64,000 bases of DNA, taken from the IMG/VR virus record IMGVR_UViG_3300031964_000784. One strand, written 5' to 3'. The notes under the pieces are model-generated. The model worked only from the letters and a program-made list of their open reading frames with translations, did no database searches and had not been told where the DNA came from. Positions 18,244 through 27,032 of this stretch are shown one piece after another. Each line of letters starts with the position of its first letter. The stretch's first letter is position 1. The DNA is from a virus. A program made the position numbers and the translations under genes.

Positions 18244-18752
18244 AAAAACTAACCCTCGCTTTCGCCGTTATATTCACTCTGGCCCTTGCCGGCTGCGAAG
18301 AGCAATCCCCGCGTCCGGTGCCGGCCGATGTCCAGCAACGCCAGCAGCAGGAACAAATCTCGCAGCAAGGCAACGCCGTCGTCGGCATGCCTGCCATCAC
18401 ACGCTTCGCCGAGAAGAAAATGATGCGCGATATCCTCGAAATGCGCGACAAGATGGTGCCAACCACCACGTACACGCTGGACATGAATGGCAAGCTGCAC
18501 AAGCTCTGCGACAGCCTGGGCTTCGGGCTGCCAGGGGCTACGCAGTACACCAACCCCGCCAAGATCGACTGGCGCGGCGACAGCACTCACGGCTATGCCA
18601 GCGGCGTGATTCCGCAGGCAGACCCCAATGGCTTATTTTCACCTTCGTCCGATGAGGGAACTTACGTTATGTGTAAAGACCCGCATAGCGACAAAATTGC
18701 GCCGGTTCGCATGGAGCCACGCACGATCATAAGTCCGTTCCCGCTGGACTGA
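18240..18752 (+). CDS. phage lipoprotein
   Basis: Lipobox LAGC; CDSLGFGLPGATQYTNP...PQADPNGLFSP...GTYVMC. Confidence 0.8.
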   Translation: MKKLTLAFAVIFTLALAGCEEQSPRPVPADVQQRQQQEQISQQGNAVVGMPAITRFAEKKMMRDILEMRDKMVPTTTYTLDMNGKLHKLCDSLGFGLPGATQYTNPAKIDWRGDSTHGYASGVIPQADPNGLFSPSSDEGTYVMCKDPHSDKIAPVRMEPRTIISPFPLD

Positions 18753-18762
18753 GCCTTTACCC

Positions 18763-18784
18763 TGCCGATAGTTCGCTATCGGCA
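18763..18784 (+). other. 9-bp RNA hairpin with UUCG loop (no U-tract; stabilising/processing element?)
   Basis: TGCCGATAG-TTCG-CTATCGGCA. Confidence 0.55.
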
Positions 18785-18822
18785 CGAGTAAGAGTTTAGA
18801 CGTTCAATCACAGGAGAAAAGC

Positions 18823-19353
18823 ATGACCACAGCAGCAAAGATACCGCAGCTTGGCAATACCGTTCGTGACACCATCACGGGCTATACGGGTATTGCCGCG
18901 CAACAGTTGGAGTTAATCAGCGGCACGATCCAATTCGCCGTTCAGCCCAAGATCGACAAGAAGGCAGAGAGCGGGAAGTATCCCGACGCCACCAACATCG
19001 ACGTGCAGATGTTGGAGTTCGTAGACGATGGTGTGGCCGCCCGCGTCACGCAGCCGACGGCAATCATACCGTTCGAACTTGGCAATACCGTCAAGGACAC
19101 AGTAACGGGATTTACTGGAATCGCTACCGGCAAGCACACCTTCATCAATGGCTGCGTCTACTTTTCGGTAACGCCGCCAATGTCGAAGGAAGACAAGGAA
19201 AAGGGCACCCAACCGGAAGCTGGCTTCTTTGACGCCGGCAGGCTCGCACGTACCGGCAAGGGCGTTGCGCAAAGCTATGTCAAGGCGCCAGAGGTGGAGA
19301 AGACAAAAGAACGACCAGGCGGGCCATCCACGCGCGCACGTCGCGCTAATTAG
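18823..19353 (+). CDS. hypothetical protein with tandemly duplicated domain
   Basis: LGNTVRDTITGYTGIA / LGNTVKDTVTGFTGIA repeats. Confidence 0.75.
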   Translation: MTTAAKIPQLGNTVRDTITGYTGIAAQQLELISGTIQFAVQPKIDKKAESGKYPDATNIDVQMLEFVDDGVAARVTQPTAIIPFELGNTVKDTVTGFTGIATGKHTFINGCVYFSVTPPMSKEDKEKGTQPEAGFFDAGRLARTGKGVAQSYVKAPEVEKTKERPGGPSTRARRAN

Positions 19354-19435
19354 ATTGTGAACTTGCCTGCGGCCCGACGCGAGCGCCTGGGTCGCAACTT
19401 CAGAATGTAGTCATTCGATCAACGAGAGGTAAATT

Positions 19436-19573
19436 ATGTTTTCATTTGGATCGCACTTAATCGCTTATCAGATGTGGTGCCAGTGGGTGTTGAACCCCTG
19501 GATGAATGCCGTCGAAGTCGGGATGAACGTCGCTAACGCGGCCAAAGTCACGATTGCCGAGATCGAATCGTGA
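19436..19573 (+). CDS. small hypothetical protein
   Basis: RBS GAGGT; 45 aa; stop overlaps exonuclease GTG. Confidence 0.45.
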   Translation: MFSFGSHLIAYQMWCQWVLNPWMNAVEVGMNVANAAKVTIAEIES

Positions 19574-20112
19574 CCCGCATTCTTGGACTGGATCTTGAAA
19601 CAACCGGACTGGAGCAAGACAAAGGCCACCGGATCATCGAGATCGCTTGCCTGACGTATGACTCCGACACGCGGGAACTCCTGGACAGCTATGTGCAACG
19701 AATCGACCCTGAAAGACCAATTGACGCGAAAGCGCAAGAGGTACACGGGATCAGCTATGCCGAGCTTGTGGGGCAGCCAAAGTGGGAAGCTGTCGCACCG
19801 ATAGTTGCAAGCAAGATGGCGGGCGCACAGATCATGATTGCGCACAATATGAACTTCGATGGCCCGTTCATCGGCGCTGAATTGCTGCGCATTGGTTTGA
19901 CACTGCCGGACATCTTGCCGTTTTGCACAATGGCGAGCGCTCGCTGGGCCTGTCACGATGGCAAGTTTCCGAAGCTGGGCGAACTGTGCTTTGCGCTCGG
20001 CGTTGAGTATGACCCATCGAAGGCGCATGGAGCGTCATACGACGTTGAGGTCATGATGGAATGTTTCTGGCGCGGCCTTGATCGCGGATTCTACAAAACG
20101 GAGGCAACATGA
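19570..20112 (+). CDS. DEDDh 3'-5' exonuclease (DnaQ-like)
   Basis: LDLETTG, IAHNMNFD, HGASYD motifs. Confidence 0.92.
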   Translation: MTRILGLDLETTGLEQDKGHRIIEIACLTYDSDTRELLDSYVQRIDPERPIDAKAQEVHGISYAELVGQPKWEAVAPIVASKMAGAQIMIAHNMNFDGPFIGAELLRIGLTLPDILPFCTMASARWACHDGKFPKLGELCFALGVEYDPSKAHGASYDVEVMMECFWRGLDRGFYKTEAT

Positions 20113-20378
20113 CGAAAATGCCATTTCAAACGCCAGTTGATATCACAGATCGTCACTATTTGGTCGCCACCGACCGGGAATTAATTTGCACGATTGGCGA
20201 CGCCACGCCGGAAGAAAAATGTTGCATTGTTACAGCAATCAACGCACACGAGGATTTGGTTATGGCACTGCAAGGTTGCTTGACGATTATCGACATCTAC
20301 CGGCGCGTGTCAGGTGGTGACGGGGATTTGACTGCGGCGGTAGCACGAGCAGCGCTCAAGAAAGCTGGCGCGTTATGA
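20109..20378 (+). CDS. hypothetical protein
   Basis: Coupled ORF; IVTAINAHEDLVMAL...ARAALKKA phage motif. Confidence 0.6.
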   Translation: MTKMPFQTPVDITDRHYLVATDRELICTIGDATPEEKCCIVTAINAHEDLVMALQGCLTIIDIYRRVSGGDGDLTAAVARAALKKAGAL

Positions 20379-20617
20379 AGCCGGCCGAGCGCACCATTAC
20401 CTATGTCGTGTATCCAGCCAGTTACCGGCCAGGAGGCGATCGCAAGAATGCCAAGACCCTAACGCAAGCAAGGAGGCAGGCACAAAGGTACGGGGTCGGC
20501 GCGCAAATCTGGCGCAACATCGTCACCAGCCACAACAGAAAGGCGAAAGCTGACCGCCGCGCCCGTGTGTCAAGTTGCTCGAATTTCTCGCACTTTTCGA
20601 CGTTGAGGATTCTATGA
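20375..20617 (+). CDS. basic hypothetical protein
   Basis: ATGA overlap. Confidence 0.5.
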   Translation: MKPAERTITYVVYPASYRPGGDRKNAKTLTQARRQAQRYGVGAQIWRNIVTSHNRKAKADRRARVSSCSNFSHFSTLRIL

Positions 20618-20976
20618 TCGACCAATACATCGAGGCGGAAATTCTACTGGCGGATTTGCTTGGTTACAAGTGGATACCCGGCACATCGAAGCACCGGACA
20701 GGCGCGACGTGGGAAGAATGGGAGTGGATAGGGCCGGTAGGATACGTTCATCCGAAAACTTCGTCATTGACTCAGCCGTGCCGGAACAATGGGGATGCCT
20801 TTGAGCTGATGACCGAGCATAAGTGTGAGCTGGTCTATATGGCGGACTGCATTCTCATTGCGACAAACTGCGGGCCTGCGGCGGAAGGCACAAATTACGA
20901 CGAGCATCCTGACATCATGGCGGCAAGTCGCTTTGCGATCGTTAAGGCGGTGATCGCGAAATTGGAGTCGAAATGA
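20614..20976 (+). CDS. NinX/phage ABA-sandwich-like protein
   Basis: LADLLGYKW...DAFELM...ASRFAIVKAVI pattern. Confidence 0.55.
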   Translation: MIDQYIEAEILLADLLGYKWIPGTSKHRTGATWEEWEWIGPVGYVHPKTSSLTQPCRNNGDAFELMTEHKCELVYMADCILIATNCGPAAEGTNYDEHPDIMAASRFAIVKAVIAKLESK

Positions 20977-21206
20977 CCACGGTCAACTTGAACGACACAT
21001 TTGCTGCCACGTTGACCGAAACCGGCGCGATATGGTGGAACGCGGCCTTCGACAATATACCGGCTCAGTATCGCTCGCCGCCTGCGAAAGCTGGCGACGT
21101 AATCAAGATTCAATTGTGGGTGCTGATGCAGGTCTTTGGCACTATGATTTTCATGGGAATGGCCGAATTGCCATTTCAAGGCAACGTAATCGAGCGAATG
21201 GAATAA
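20973..21206 (+). CDS. small phage protein
   Basis: VNLNDT...LTETG...QLWVLMQVFG...PF pattern. Confidence 0.65.
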   Translation: MTTVNLNDTFAATLTETGAIWWNAAFDNIPAQYRSPPAKAGDVIKIQLWVLMQVFGTMIFMGMAELPFQGNVIERME

Positions 21207-21369
21207 AGAATAATGGTCAAACCGCAACCATCGGCGGTTGGTCTTCGGGCCTGATGCACCTCCGCGTAGCTGACACGCGTATTACGATGGATCAGCGAAC
21301 AGTAGCCAAAAGCTGCGCATGGGTAGCGCGGTAATCTGATTTTGGCTTTTATGAATTGAAAGGACGATT

Positions 21370-21825
21370 ATGAGCAAAGCGAAATACATCAACCGCGAAG
21401 GCGCTCACATCCCTTTGGTGGCCTGGACAAAGCTGCAAGCGGACGAGAGTTACCGCACCGTCCGGCAATACGACAATGGCGTCGTCCAAGTGACACTGCT
21501 CTGGTCAGGTAGGGTAAGCGCGTCCGATGCGCAAACCTACGAGGAATATTGGCCCGTGTACATCTTGCTGGTCAAGAACTATAAGCCAGACGGCAGCTTG
21601 GCTGTTGATCCGGCAGATAGTGACAAGACATTCCCGAATGAGGGGAAGGGTATCGCCGCCTACGAGGAGTTCCTGGTGAAGTGGACGGAATGCGAAACAA
21701 GCGAGCATACTGGCGAATTCATTGAAGAGGGTAACGACTTGGCGCCAATAGTGCCGCCGCCACCTCCAGATCCGAACAAGCCGCAAACCGAAGCGGTAGA
21801 GCTTGGCAGTACGGGAGCATGGTAA
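21370..21825 (+). CDS. hypothetical protein
   Basis: RBS AGGA; Pro-rich acidic tail ending GAW. Confidence 0.7.
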   Translation: MSKAKYINREGAHIPLVAWTKLQADESYRTVRQYDNGVVQVTLLWSGRVSASDAQTYEEYWPVYILLVKNYKPDGSLAVDPADSDKTFPNEGKGIAAYEEFLVKWTECETSEHTGEFIEEGNDLAPIVPPPPPDPNKPQTEAVELGSTGAW

Positions 21826-22109
21826 TGGAAAATCTACGCAAAATCGTTTGCTCCGCAATTCGGCAGACATACAAGACAGAAGTAATCATCGTCGTCGGCC
21901 GTCGTCATTGGGACGCTACGATGCATGCGACATTAGACAGGCTAAACGCGCATCTATCGCCGCCGTCGTTCTGGGATCAAGGCTTCATCGACCAGAAAGG
22001 CGTCTTTCTTAACAGAGAAGAGGCTTGGATTGTCGCCGAAGCGGCGGGTCAAATCATCCGACGGGTGGGTGGCGACGGCATCGAGCTGTACAGCGAAAAC
22101 CTTTACTGA
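21819..22109 (+). CDS. small phage protein of unknown function
   Basis: IVCSAIR...GRRHWD...QGFIDQKGVFLNREEAW...GQI...LYSENLY. Confidence 0.75.
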   Translation: MVMENLRKIVCSAIRQTYKTEVIIVVGRRHWDATMHATLDRLNAHLSPPSFWDQGFIDQKGVFLNREEAWIVAEAAGQIIRRVGGDGIELYSENLY

Positions 22110-22143
22110 GCCAGACGCTCCGATACTTTCTTTCGAGGACTTT

Positions 22144-22168
22144 GGCGACCTACGGGTCGCCTTTTTTT
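22144..22168 (+). terminator. intrinsic terminator
   Basis: GGCGACC-TACG-GGTCGCC-T7. Confidence 0.85.
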
Positions 22169-22213
22169 CATGACGCTGCTAGAATGAAAATTCGTCAACT
22201 AATGGAGATCGAT

Positions 22214-22396
22214 ATGTCGTATGGGCCATATGCAGGGAATAAGTTTAAGGTGGATGAGGACATCAGTGTCGGCTTGGCAAGCGGAGACAAAATAGTTGGC
22301 AAGTTTGTTGAAGCCAGCGGACATACCTTAATAGTGAAAGTAACCGATGGCTCGAAGGTTTACTGCAATATGGACCACGTAGAATCTATGTGTTAA
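22214..22396 (+). CDS. small Sm/LSm(Hfq)-like protein, autonomous moron
   Basis: RBS GGAG; extended -10 TGcTAGAAT at 22177-22185; ISVGLASGDKIVGKFV...TLIV...VYCNMDHVESM beta pattern. Confidence 0.6.
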   Translation: MSYGPYAGNKFKVDEDISVGLASGDKIVGKFVEASGHTLIVKVTDGSKVYCNMDHVESMC

Positions 22397-22418
22397 GTTA
22401 TTTTCAGCATCACCGGAC

Positions 22419-22441
22419 AAGGCAACTTCGGTTGCCTTTTT
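22419..22441 (+). terminator. intrinsic terminator
   Basis: AAGGCAAC-TTCG-GTTGCCTT-TTT. Confidence 0.85.
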
Positions 22442-22722
22442 CTTTGCCTGTCATTCTCCAAAGTAGGTGCGCTAGTCGCGCGCCCACAAATTGTCATCAG
22501 TCAAAACGCAGCCGTTAGCCGACACGGACGTAGCCTGCATTTCCCGTTACTGTGCCGAAGGTGGGGCGTCATACTTCAATCATCGAAACAACAAGCAGAC
22601 TAAACAAGCGGGGCAGGTAAAGAAAAGCAGCCAAGTGATTCAGTTGCGACGCCACTACCCGATTGAGAAACTGATTGTGTTGTATCGAAATTAGCGCAAT
22701 TCAACCTATTGAGGAGATTCAC

Positions 22723-23595
22723 ATGACATTAGCAACAAACGCCGCAGTTGAAGTTCTCGTTGGAGACGACAGCAACATGATCGACGAATTGCTCGCCGGT
22801 CTGTCCGACGAGATTGAAATTGAAGGCTTCAATGCCGACGGCGGGGAAGTGATCGAGTCGGTGATCGAAGCCGCGATGCCTTTGGTCGACGAAGCCGCGC
22901 TCGAAGCCGCTATCGAGGGTGTTGAGCGTAAGGAAGCGAAACAGGCGCTTTACGCCCAGCAGAAGTCGAATGACGCCAGCGATGGTGTTGCGCCAGAAAC
23001 AACGGTCGAGAGCTTGACGACCCCGGCAGATCCAAAAGCGAAGAAGTCGAAGGAGGCCAAGCAACCGAAGCCACCAAAGGAGCCGAAGGAAAAGAAGGCG
23101 CCGGTGCCGACCTCGGTCTCACACAAGCCAGGCGATCTGTTGCTTGCCAAGCTCGGTGCCGCCGCAAACGACTACTTGGTCTTCAGCTTGGCAGACGCCG
23201 GTTCGTTATCGAACGAGGAACTGGCGGTAAAGCGCGCTGAATTCGTCGAAGTCATGAACAACCGGGAAGGCATTGCCATCAAGGTTAAGGAAAAGGCGAT
23301 TCAGCTCTTCACGACACTGGTCAAGGGTGGACAGATGAACAAGGTCATGGCTGCGGCCTTCATGTTGTTGGCGACAGAGGGTAGCTTGACATCGGGCGGC
23401 AAGGGCAACTTGGAGACAGCATTGCGCGCATCCGGTTTGTCCGAGCGCACGTCGGCATCGCAAAGCAATCAAATCTTCATGCTCTTGCCGCTGTTGAATC
23501 TGACGGTCAAGTCCAAAGGGGTCATGTCACCAAATCCCGATAGCGCCTTGCTGCCGACGATCTATGCGAATCAAGGCTTGACGCAAGCGGTTTAA
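22723..23595 (+). CDS. hypothetical protein (acidic N-terminus, K/P/E linker, helical C-terminal domain)
   Basis: RBS GAGGAG; 290 aa. Confidence 0.75.
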   Translation: MTLATNAAVEVLVGDDSNMIDELLAGLSDEIEIEGFNADGGEVIESVIEAAMPLVDEAALEAAIEGVERKEAKQALYAQQKSNDASDGVAPETTVESLTTPADPKAKKSKEAKQPKPPKEPKEKKAPVPTSVSHKPGDLLLAKLGAAANDYLVFSLADAGSLSNEELAVKRAEFVEVMNNREGIAIKVKEKAIQLFTTLVKGGQMNKVMAAAFMLLATEGSLTSGGKGNLETALRASGLSERTSASQSNQIFMLLPLLNLTVKSKGVMSPNPDSALLPTIYANQGLTQAV

Positions 23596-23649
23596 TTGAA
23601 CAGGGAAGGGCGGCCGGCACCGCCCGATTCAACCACATAGGAGAATGAA

Positions 23650-23994
23650 ATGATCGACAAGTCCAAACTCGAAGCGTTGCCGGCAGAAGCCCTATTCAAG
23701 CTGAAGGCGGCGATTGATGAGGTGGCAGAAAAGCGCAAGCGCCAATTGTTCAAGACAGGCGCGGCGGCGACATTCACCCATTCGACAACGGGCGAGAAAA
23801 TGCGCGTAATCGTAATGCGCGTCCACACCAAGAACATTAGCTGCGTAGAGGCTGACGCACACGGCATGCCGCTCTACAACAAGAAATGGCGCATCGACCC
23901 GGCGTTCCTGATGCCGTATTTCGCACCGAAGAAGCCAACGATGCCGGCTGCGGGAGTCGGAAATGATAGACCCGCGCAGATCGCCGCATGGTAG
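23650..23994 (+). CDS. hypothetical protein
   Basis: RBS AGGAG; followed by terminator. Confidence 0.7.
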   Translation: MIDKSKLEALPAEALFKLKAAIDEVAEKRKRQLFKTGAAATFTHSTTGEKMRVIVMRVHTKNISCVEADAHGMPLYNKKWRIDPAFLMPYFAPKKPTMPAAGVGNDRPAQIAAW

Positions 23995-23997
23995 ACC

Positions 23998-24017
23998 AGG
24001 AGCCGCAGGCTCCTTTT
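23998..24017 (+). terminator. intrinsic terminator
   Basis: AGGAGCC-GCA-GGCTCCT-TTT. Confidence 0.7.
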
Positions 24018-24041
24018 GTTTGGTCGATTCGCATCCTTGGC

Positions 24042-24257
24042 TTAGTGAAAGCCCATGCCGAACTGCTCGCCAATATGCGCGGCAGGGTTCTTGTCCTTGA
24101 TGTTGGACAGGTCAAGAATCTTCCGTAGTGGAACTTTGCCATATTGAGGCTTGCCGCCTCGAATTACTAAGGTGAAGTCGAACTGTTCCTCGATGTCGTC
24201 GTAAGCGGTCAGCGTGACGACCGAGCCTGCCACTTCTTCAGGTGTGTATTTCTTCAT
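24042..24257 (-). CDS. hypothetical protein (opposite-strand insert)
   Basis: 71-aa ORF in small minus-strand island. Confidence 0.45.
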   Translation of the reverse strand: MKKYTPEEVAGSVVTLTAYDDIEEQFDFTLVIRGGKPQYGKVPLRKILDLSNIKDKNPAAHIGEQFGMGFH

Positions 24258-24404
24258 TTTTCGCCTTCTGCATTTACGATTTTCTGTAATTCTATCGCAG
24301 AAGCGACCATAGCCAATGACCAGATCGCGCTGTGCCGCATAGGATTGGTCTGGTCGGTATCTGTATAGCGGTCGATGCTTCCAGCGCTCAAAGCGCGTTT
24401 AAAT

Positions 24405-24707
24405 CTAAGGCTCGCTTTTGTCGGTTGGTAGCATGGCAAGCCGCGCTAAATTGGCTGCCGCCTGCTCACTGAATCCGTTTTCGATAAGTTCGCGCCTGAG
24501 TTCGTCTGGTGTTTCGGCGTGTATATGCATTGGGTCTCCAGCCAACACCGATACGTCGGTATCGGCAGCGCCGTCGCCTAGCATCCCATCTTCGATGAAG
24601 GTGGTTTCAACACGCAGCGAACGGCCTTGCTCATCGTTGTGTTCCTTCAATACAACCGTGCGCCCATCTTCGGTGCCAGTATGAATGTGACTCCAGCCAT
24701 GTGACAT
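24405..24707 (-). CDS. acidic hypothetical protein (opposite-strand insert)
   Basis: RBS GGAG upstream of ATG at 24707. Confidence 0.6.
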   Translation of the reverse strand: MSHGWSHIHTGTEDGRTVVLKEHNDEQGRSLRVETTFIEDGMLGDGAADTDVSVLAGDPMHIHAETPDELRRELIENGFSEQAAANLARLAMLPTDKSEP

Positions 24708-24800
24708 ATTCTTCTCCAGTAATGTGGGCGCTAACATTAGCGCGGAGGGTAATCATACCTGAAACGTATCCTGCTTGCCGCCGACACTTGCTTTGGAAAA

Positions 24801-24874
24801 TAAGTCATCAGTGACTTGACTACGATTGAAATGTGTAAGACAATTCGAGCATTGGATAAGTAATTGGTGACTCA
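24801..24874 (+). promoter_or_regulatory. promoter bracketed by two operators
   Basis: TAAGTCA-TCAG-TGACTTG 24801; TTGACT-17-GACAAT; TAAGTAA-TTGG-TGACTCA 24857. Confidence 0.8.
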
Positions 24875-24939
24875 CTATTGCCAATAACCGAACGAGATAA
24901 TGAATTTGTCGCGACGTGCGACACAACGGGAGAAAGAAT

Positions 24940-25173
24940 ATGACATTGGACACGGTACAGGTAAGCATTGCGCCAGGTGACGCGCTTGCCATTCTGAAGA
25001 AACTGGATGACCGAGGCGAGACTTGGCAACTGATGGGTCTTGCAAGCGGCGGCGAATCGAGCTACACGCTGGAGCTGAACGTCGACGGCTGCGACGGCCC
25101 GACATGTATCGTCTTGCGCAACGACGGAACCTGGACAGCATCAACACACATTAGTCTCGGAGAGGCGAAATGA
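24940..25173 (+). CDS. hypothetical protein
   Basis: RBS GGAG; first gene after double-operator promoter. Confidence 0.6.
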   Translation: MTLDTVQVSIAPGDALAILKKLDDRGETWQLMGLASGGESSYTLELNVDGCDGPTCIVLRNDGTWTASTHISLGEAK

Positions 25174-25541
25174 GCGACAAGATCACAAGTGCGGATCTGA
25201 GCGACCAACTCTCCGGCTATCACGGTGGCGATCAGACCTATTTTCACAATCTTAATCAAAACGTCATCTACACGTCTGGCGTTCGACACTTTGCGCAGTC
25301 GGCAGGCGCCTACTGGTTCCTCGACATCCTCGCTACCGAGCCGAAGATTCGTCGCCAGGGGCAAGACTTTGCGCTGATCTTGCTGACCGTCAAGGACAAG
25401 AAGGCGAAGATCATCGTCACCGACGGCAATGACGGTACGCCAGGCATCTTCAAGCGCAACATCGATTTCACCGACTGCCCCGAAGGCGAATGGAAGTTCT
25501 ACTTCGAGAACGGCACAATCATGCTGCCAGGGGAGCGTTGA
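25170..25541 (+). CDS. DUF6876-like protein
   Basis: VIYTSGVRHFAQSAGAYWFLDIL...TDGND...FTDCP..EWKFY..NG.IMLPGE. Confidence 0.7.
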   Translation: MSDKITSADLSDQLSGYHGGDQTYFHNLNQNVIYTSGVRHFAQSAGAYWFLDILATEPKIRRQGQDFALILLTVKDKKAKIIVTDGNDGTPGIFKRNIDFTDCPEGEWKFYFENGTIMLPGER

Positions 25542-25542
25542 C

Positions 25543-25704
25543 ATGGATCAGCAAATAAGGCCCGCATTCGACGAAAAGAAGTTCTTGGAGAATCTGGTGC
25601 TGGATGAGCATCGCGAGGCGTATGCGCGAATGGACAAGCAACAGCAGATGGTCGTCCGATTCGCCTACAACGCCGGTTGGTTCAGAGCGGCGAGCGTGCA
25701 ATGA
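25543..25704 (+). CDS. small hypothetical protein
   Basis: In-operon ORF, 53 aa. Confidence 0.5.
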   Translation: MDQQIRPAFDEKKFLENLVLDEHREAYARMDKQQQMVVRFAYNAGWFRAASVQ

Positions 25705-25880
25705 GCCGAGCGGACATCCAGGTATCGGTCGGCGGCCTACGCCAGAAGTTCATCGACGGAAGCGCACCGACAGCGGAATACCTCGAACGTGTTTTCGCGA
25801 TGGTTGGCGAATGCGCCGAAATCGAAGAGCGGGTTGGCGACTTGGAACTCGAAGACTATCTTGCGGAGCGGCGCCCATGA
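25701..25880 (+). CDS. small acidic hypothetical protein
   Basis: ATGA overlap. Confidence 0.5.
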   Translation: MSRADIQVSVGGLRQKFIDGSAPTAEYLERVFAMVGECAEIEERVGDLELEDYLAERRP

Positions 25881-26071
25881 GCAACGATTACGACCTCAAA
25901 TGTCCAAAATGCGGGCAGCGCAACAAGTTCGCAATAGTCGCGCACCACACAATCAACATCAATGGCGACGACATCGACCATGACGACAGCTTGACATGGG
26001 AAAACGACGATACGATTTCCTGCGGCAAATGCAGCCATCAGGGAACTGTCAAATCATTCGAGGAGGACTGA
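25877..26071 (+). CDS. zinc-ribbon protein
   Basis: CPKC...CGKC. Confidence 0.65.
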   Translation: MSNDYDLKCPKCGQRNKFAIVAHHTININGDDIDHDDSLTWENDDTISCGKCSHQGTVKSFEED

Positions 26072-26072
26072 T

Positions 26073-26321
26073 ATGGGACTTGGCCCAACCAAACGTATGC
26101 GCGGCACGTCCGAGCGAAAACTTCGACGCCGGCGTTTTGTTGCGTGGGGCGATTTCGCGAAAAATAACGCCAGAGGTGAGTCCGCCAAACTACATTGCGC
26201 CGGTGTTGATGAATTGAATATGACAGCGATTGCGCGCCGACGCGGGAACGTGCCACTGGCGCGGTACTGCGTGCGCTTCTCCAAACGCTTTCGCGAGCTG
26301 GCCGGCAAGGTGCTGCCATGA
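26073..26321 (+). CDS. basic hypothetical protein
   Basis: In-operon, Arg-rich. Confidence 0.5.
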   Translation: MGLGPTKRMRGTSERKLRRRRFVAWGDFAKNNARGESAKLHCAGVDELNMTAIARRRGNVPLARYCVRFSKRFRELAGKVLP

Positions 26322-26466
26322 GTCTTGGCCCAATCAAAAACGGCAAGCACATGCCGATCACGCCGCGAGACGGCAAAGCGTGGTGTGATGTCGTCAAGAA
26401 AGAGCGGCTGCCGAAGCCGCCAGCACCAACCGGCAGCTATTTGTGGCTAAACCAGGAGAGCAAGTA

Positions 26467-26811
26467 ATGGCATACATCGTAATTAACGGTCGACTGGAAA
26501 GAATTCACCGAAACCGTTGGAATGGCAAAACTAACGCGGCGCAGATCATCGGCTCGCGCATCAATGAAAAGGCGAAGGCCGCACTCAAAGGCATTAAGGA
26601 TGGCAATTGCAATATTACCGCCTGCCAGAAACCTGGCGCGACGTGGTGGAACATCAGTACGCGGGCCTACTATTGTGCGTATTGCGCCAGCGAAATCAAT
26701 CGATGGAGCAAATACGATGATGGTGTCGAGATTTGCTTCTCGAACCGCGAAGATGGAGAAGCGGCGCAGGGGGACATTTGGAAGGCGCTGCGGGAAAAGC
26801 AGGTGGCATGA
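26467..26811 (+). CDS. Cys-containing phage protein
   Basis: GNCNITACQKPGATWWN.ST.AYYC.YCA.EIN. Confidence 0.65.
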   Translation: MAYIVINGRLERIHRNRWNGKTNAAQIIGSRINEKAKAALKGIKDGNCNITACQKPGATWWNISTRAYYCAYCASEINRWSKYDDGVEICFSNREDGEAAQGDIWKALREKQVA

Positions 26812-27020
26812 ACACCAAGCAACGCAAAGCGCATAAGAAGGCGTTGGCATTTGAATTGAAGAACGGCGCCGACATCCGACGTGCGCAAGACAGAGCGCGC
26901 GCCGAAGAGATGAAAATCGATAGGGCATTCGACCAATTGTGGATCGAGCTGAAAGCAGAATTTACAGCCTACCTGAACTGGCGCAAGCAAGTGCCAACCA
27001 CGTCGGCAGACCCTTGGTAA
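26808..27020 (+). CDS. hypothetical protein
   Basis: ATGA overlap. Confidence 0.5.
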   Translation: MNTKQRKAHKKALAFELKNGADIRRAQDRARAEEMKIDRAFDQLWIELKAEFTAYLNWRKQVPTTSADPW

Positions 27021-27032
27021 TAGGAGAACGAA

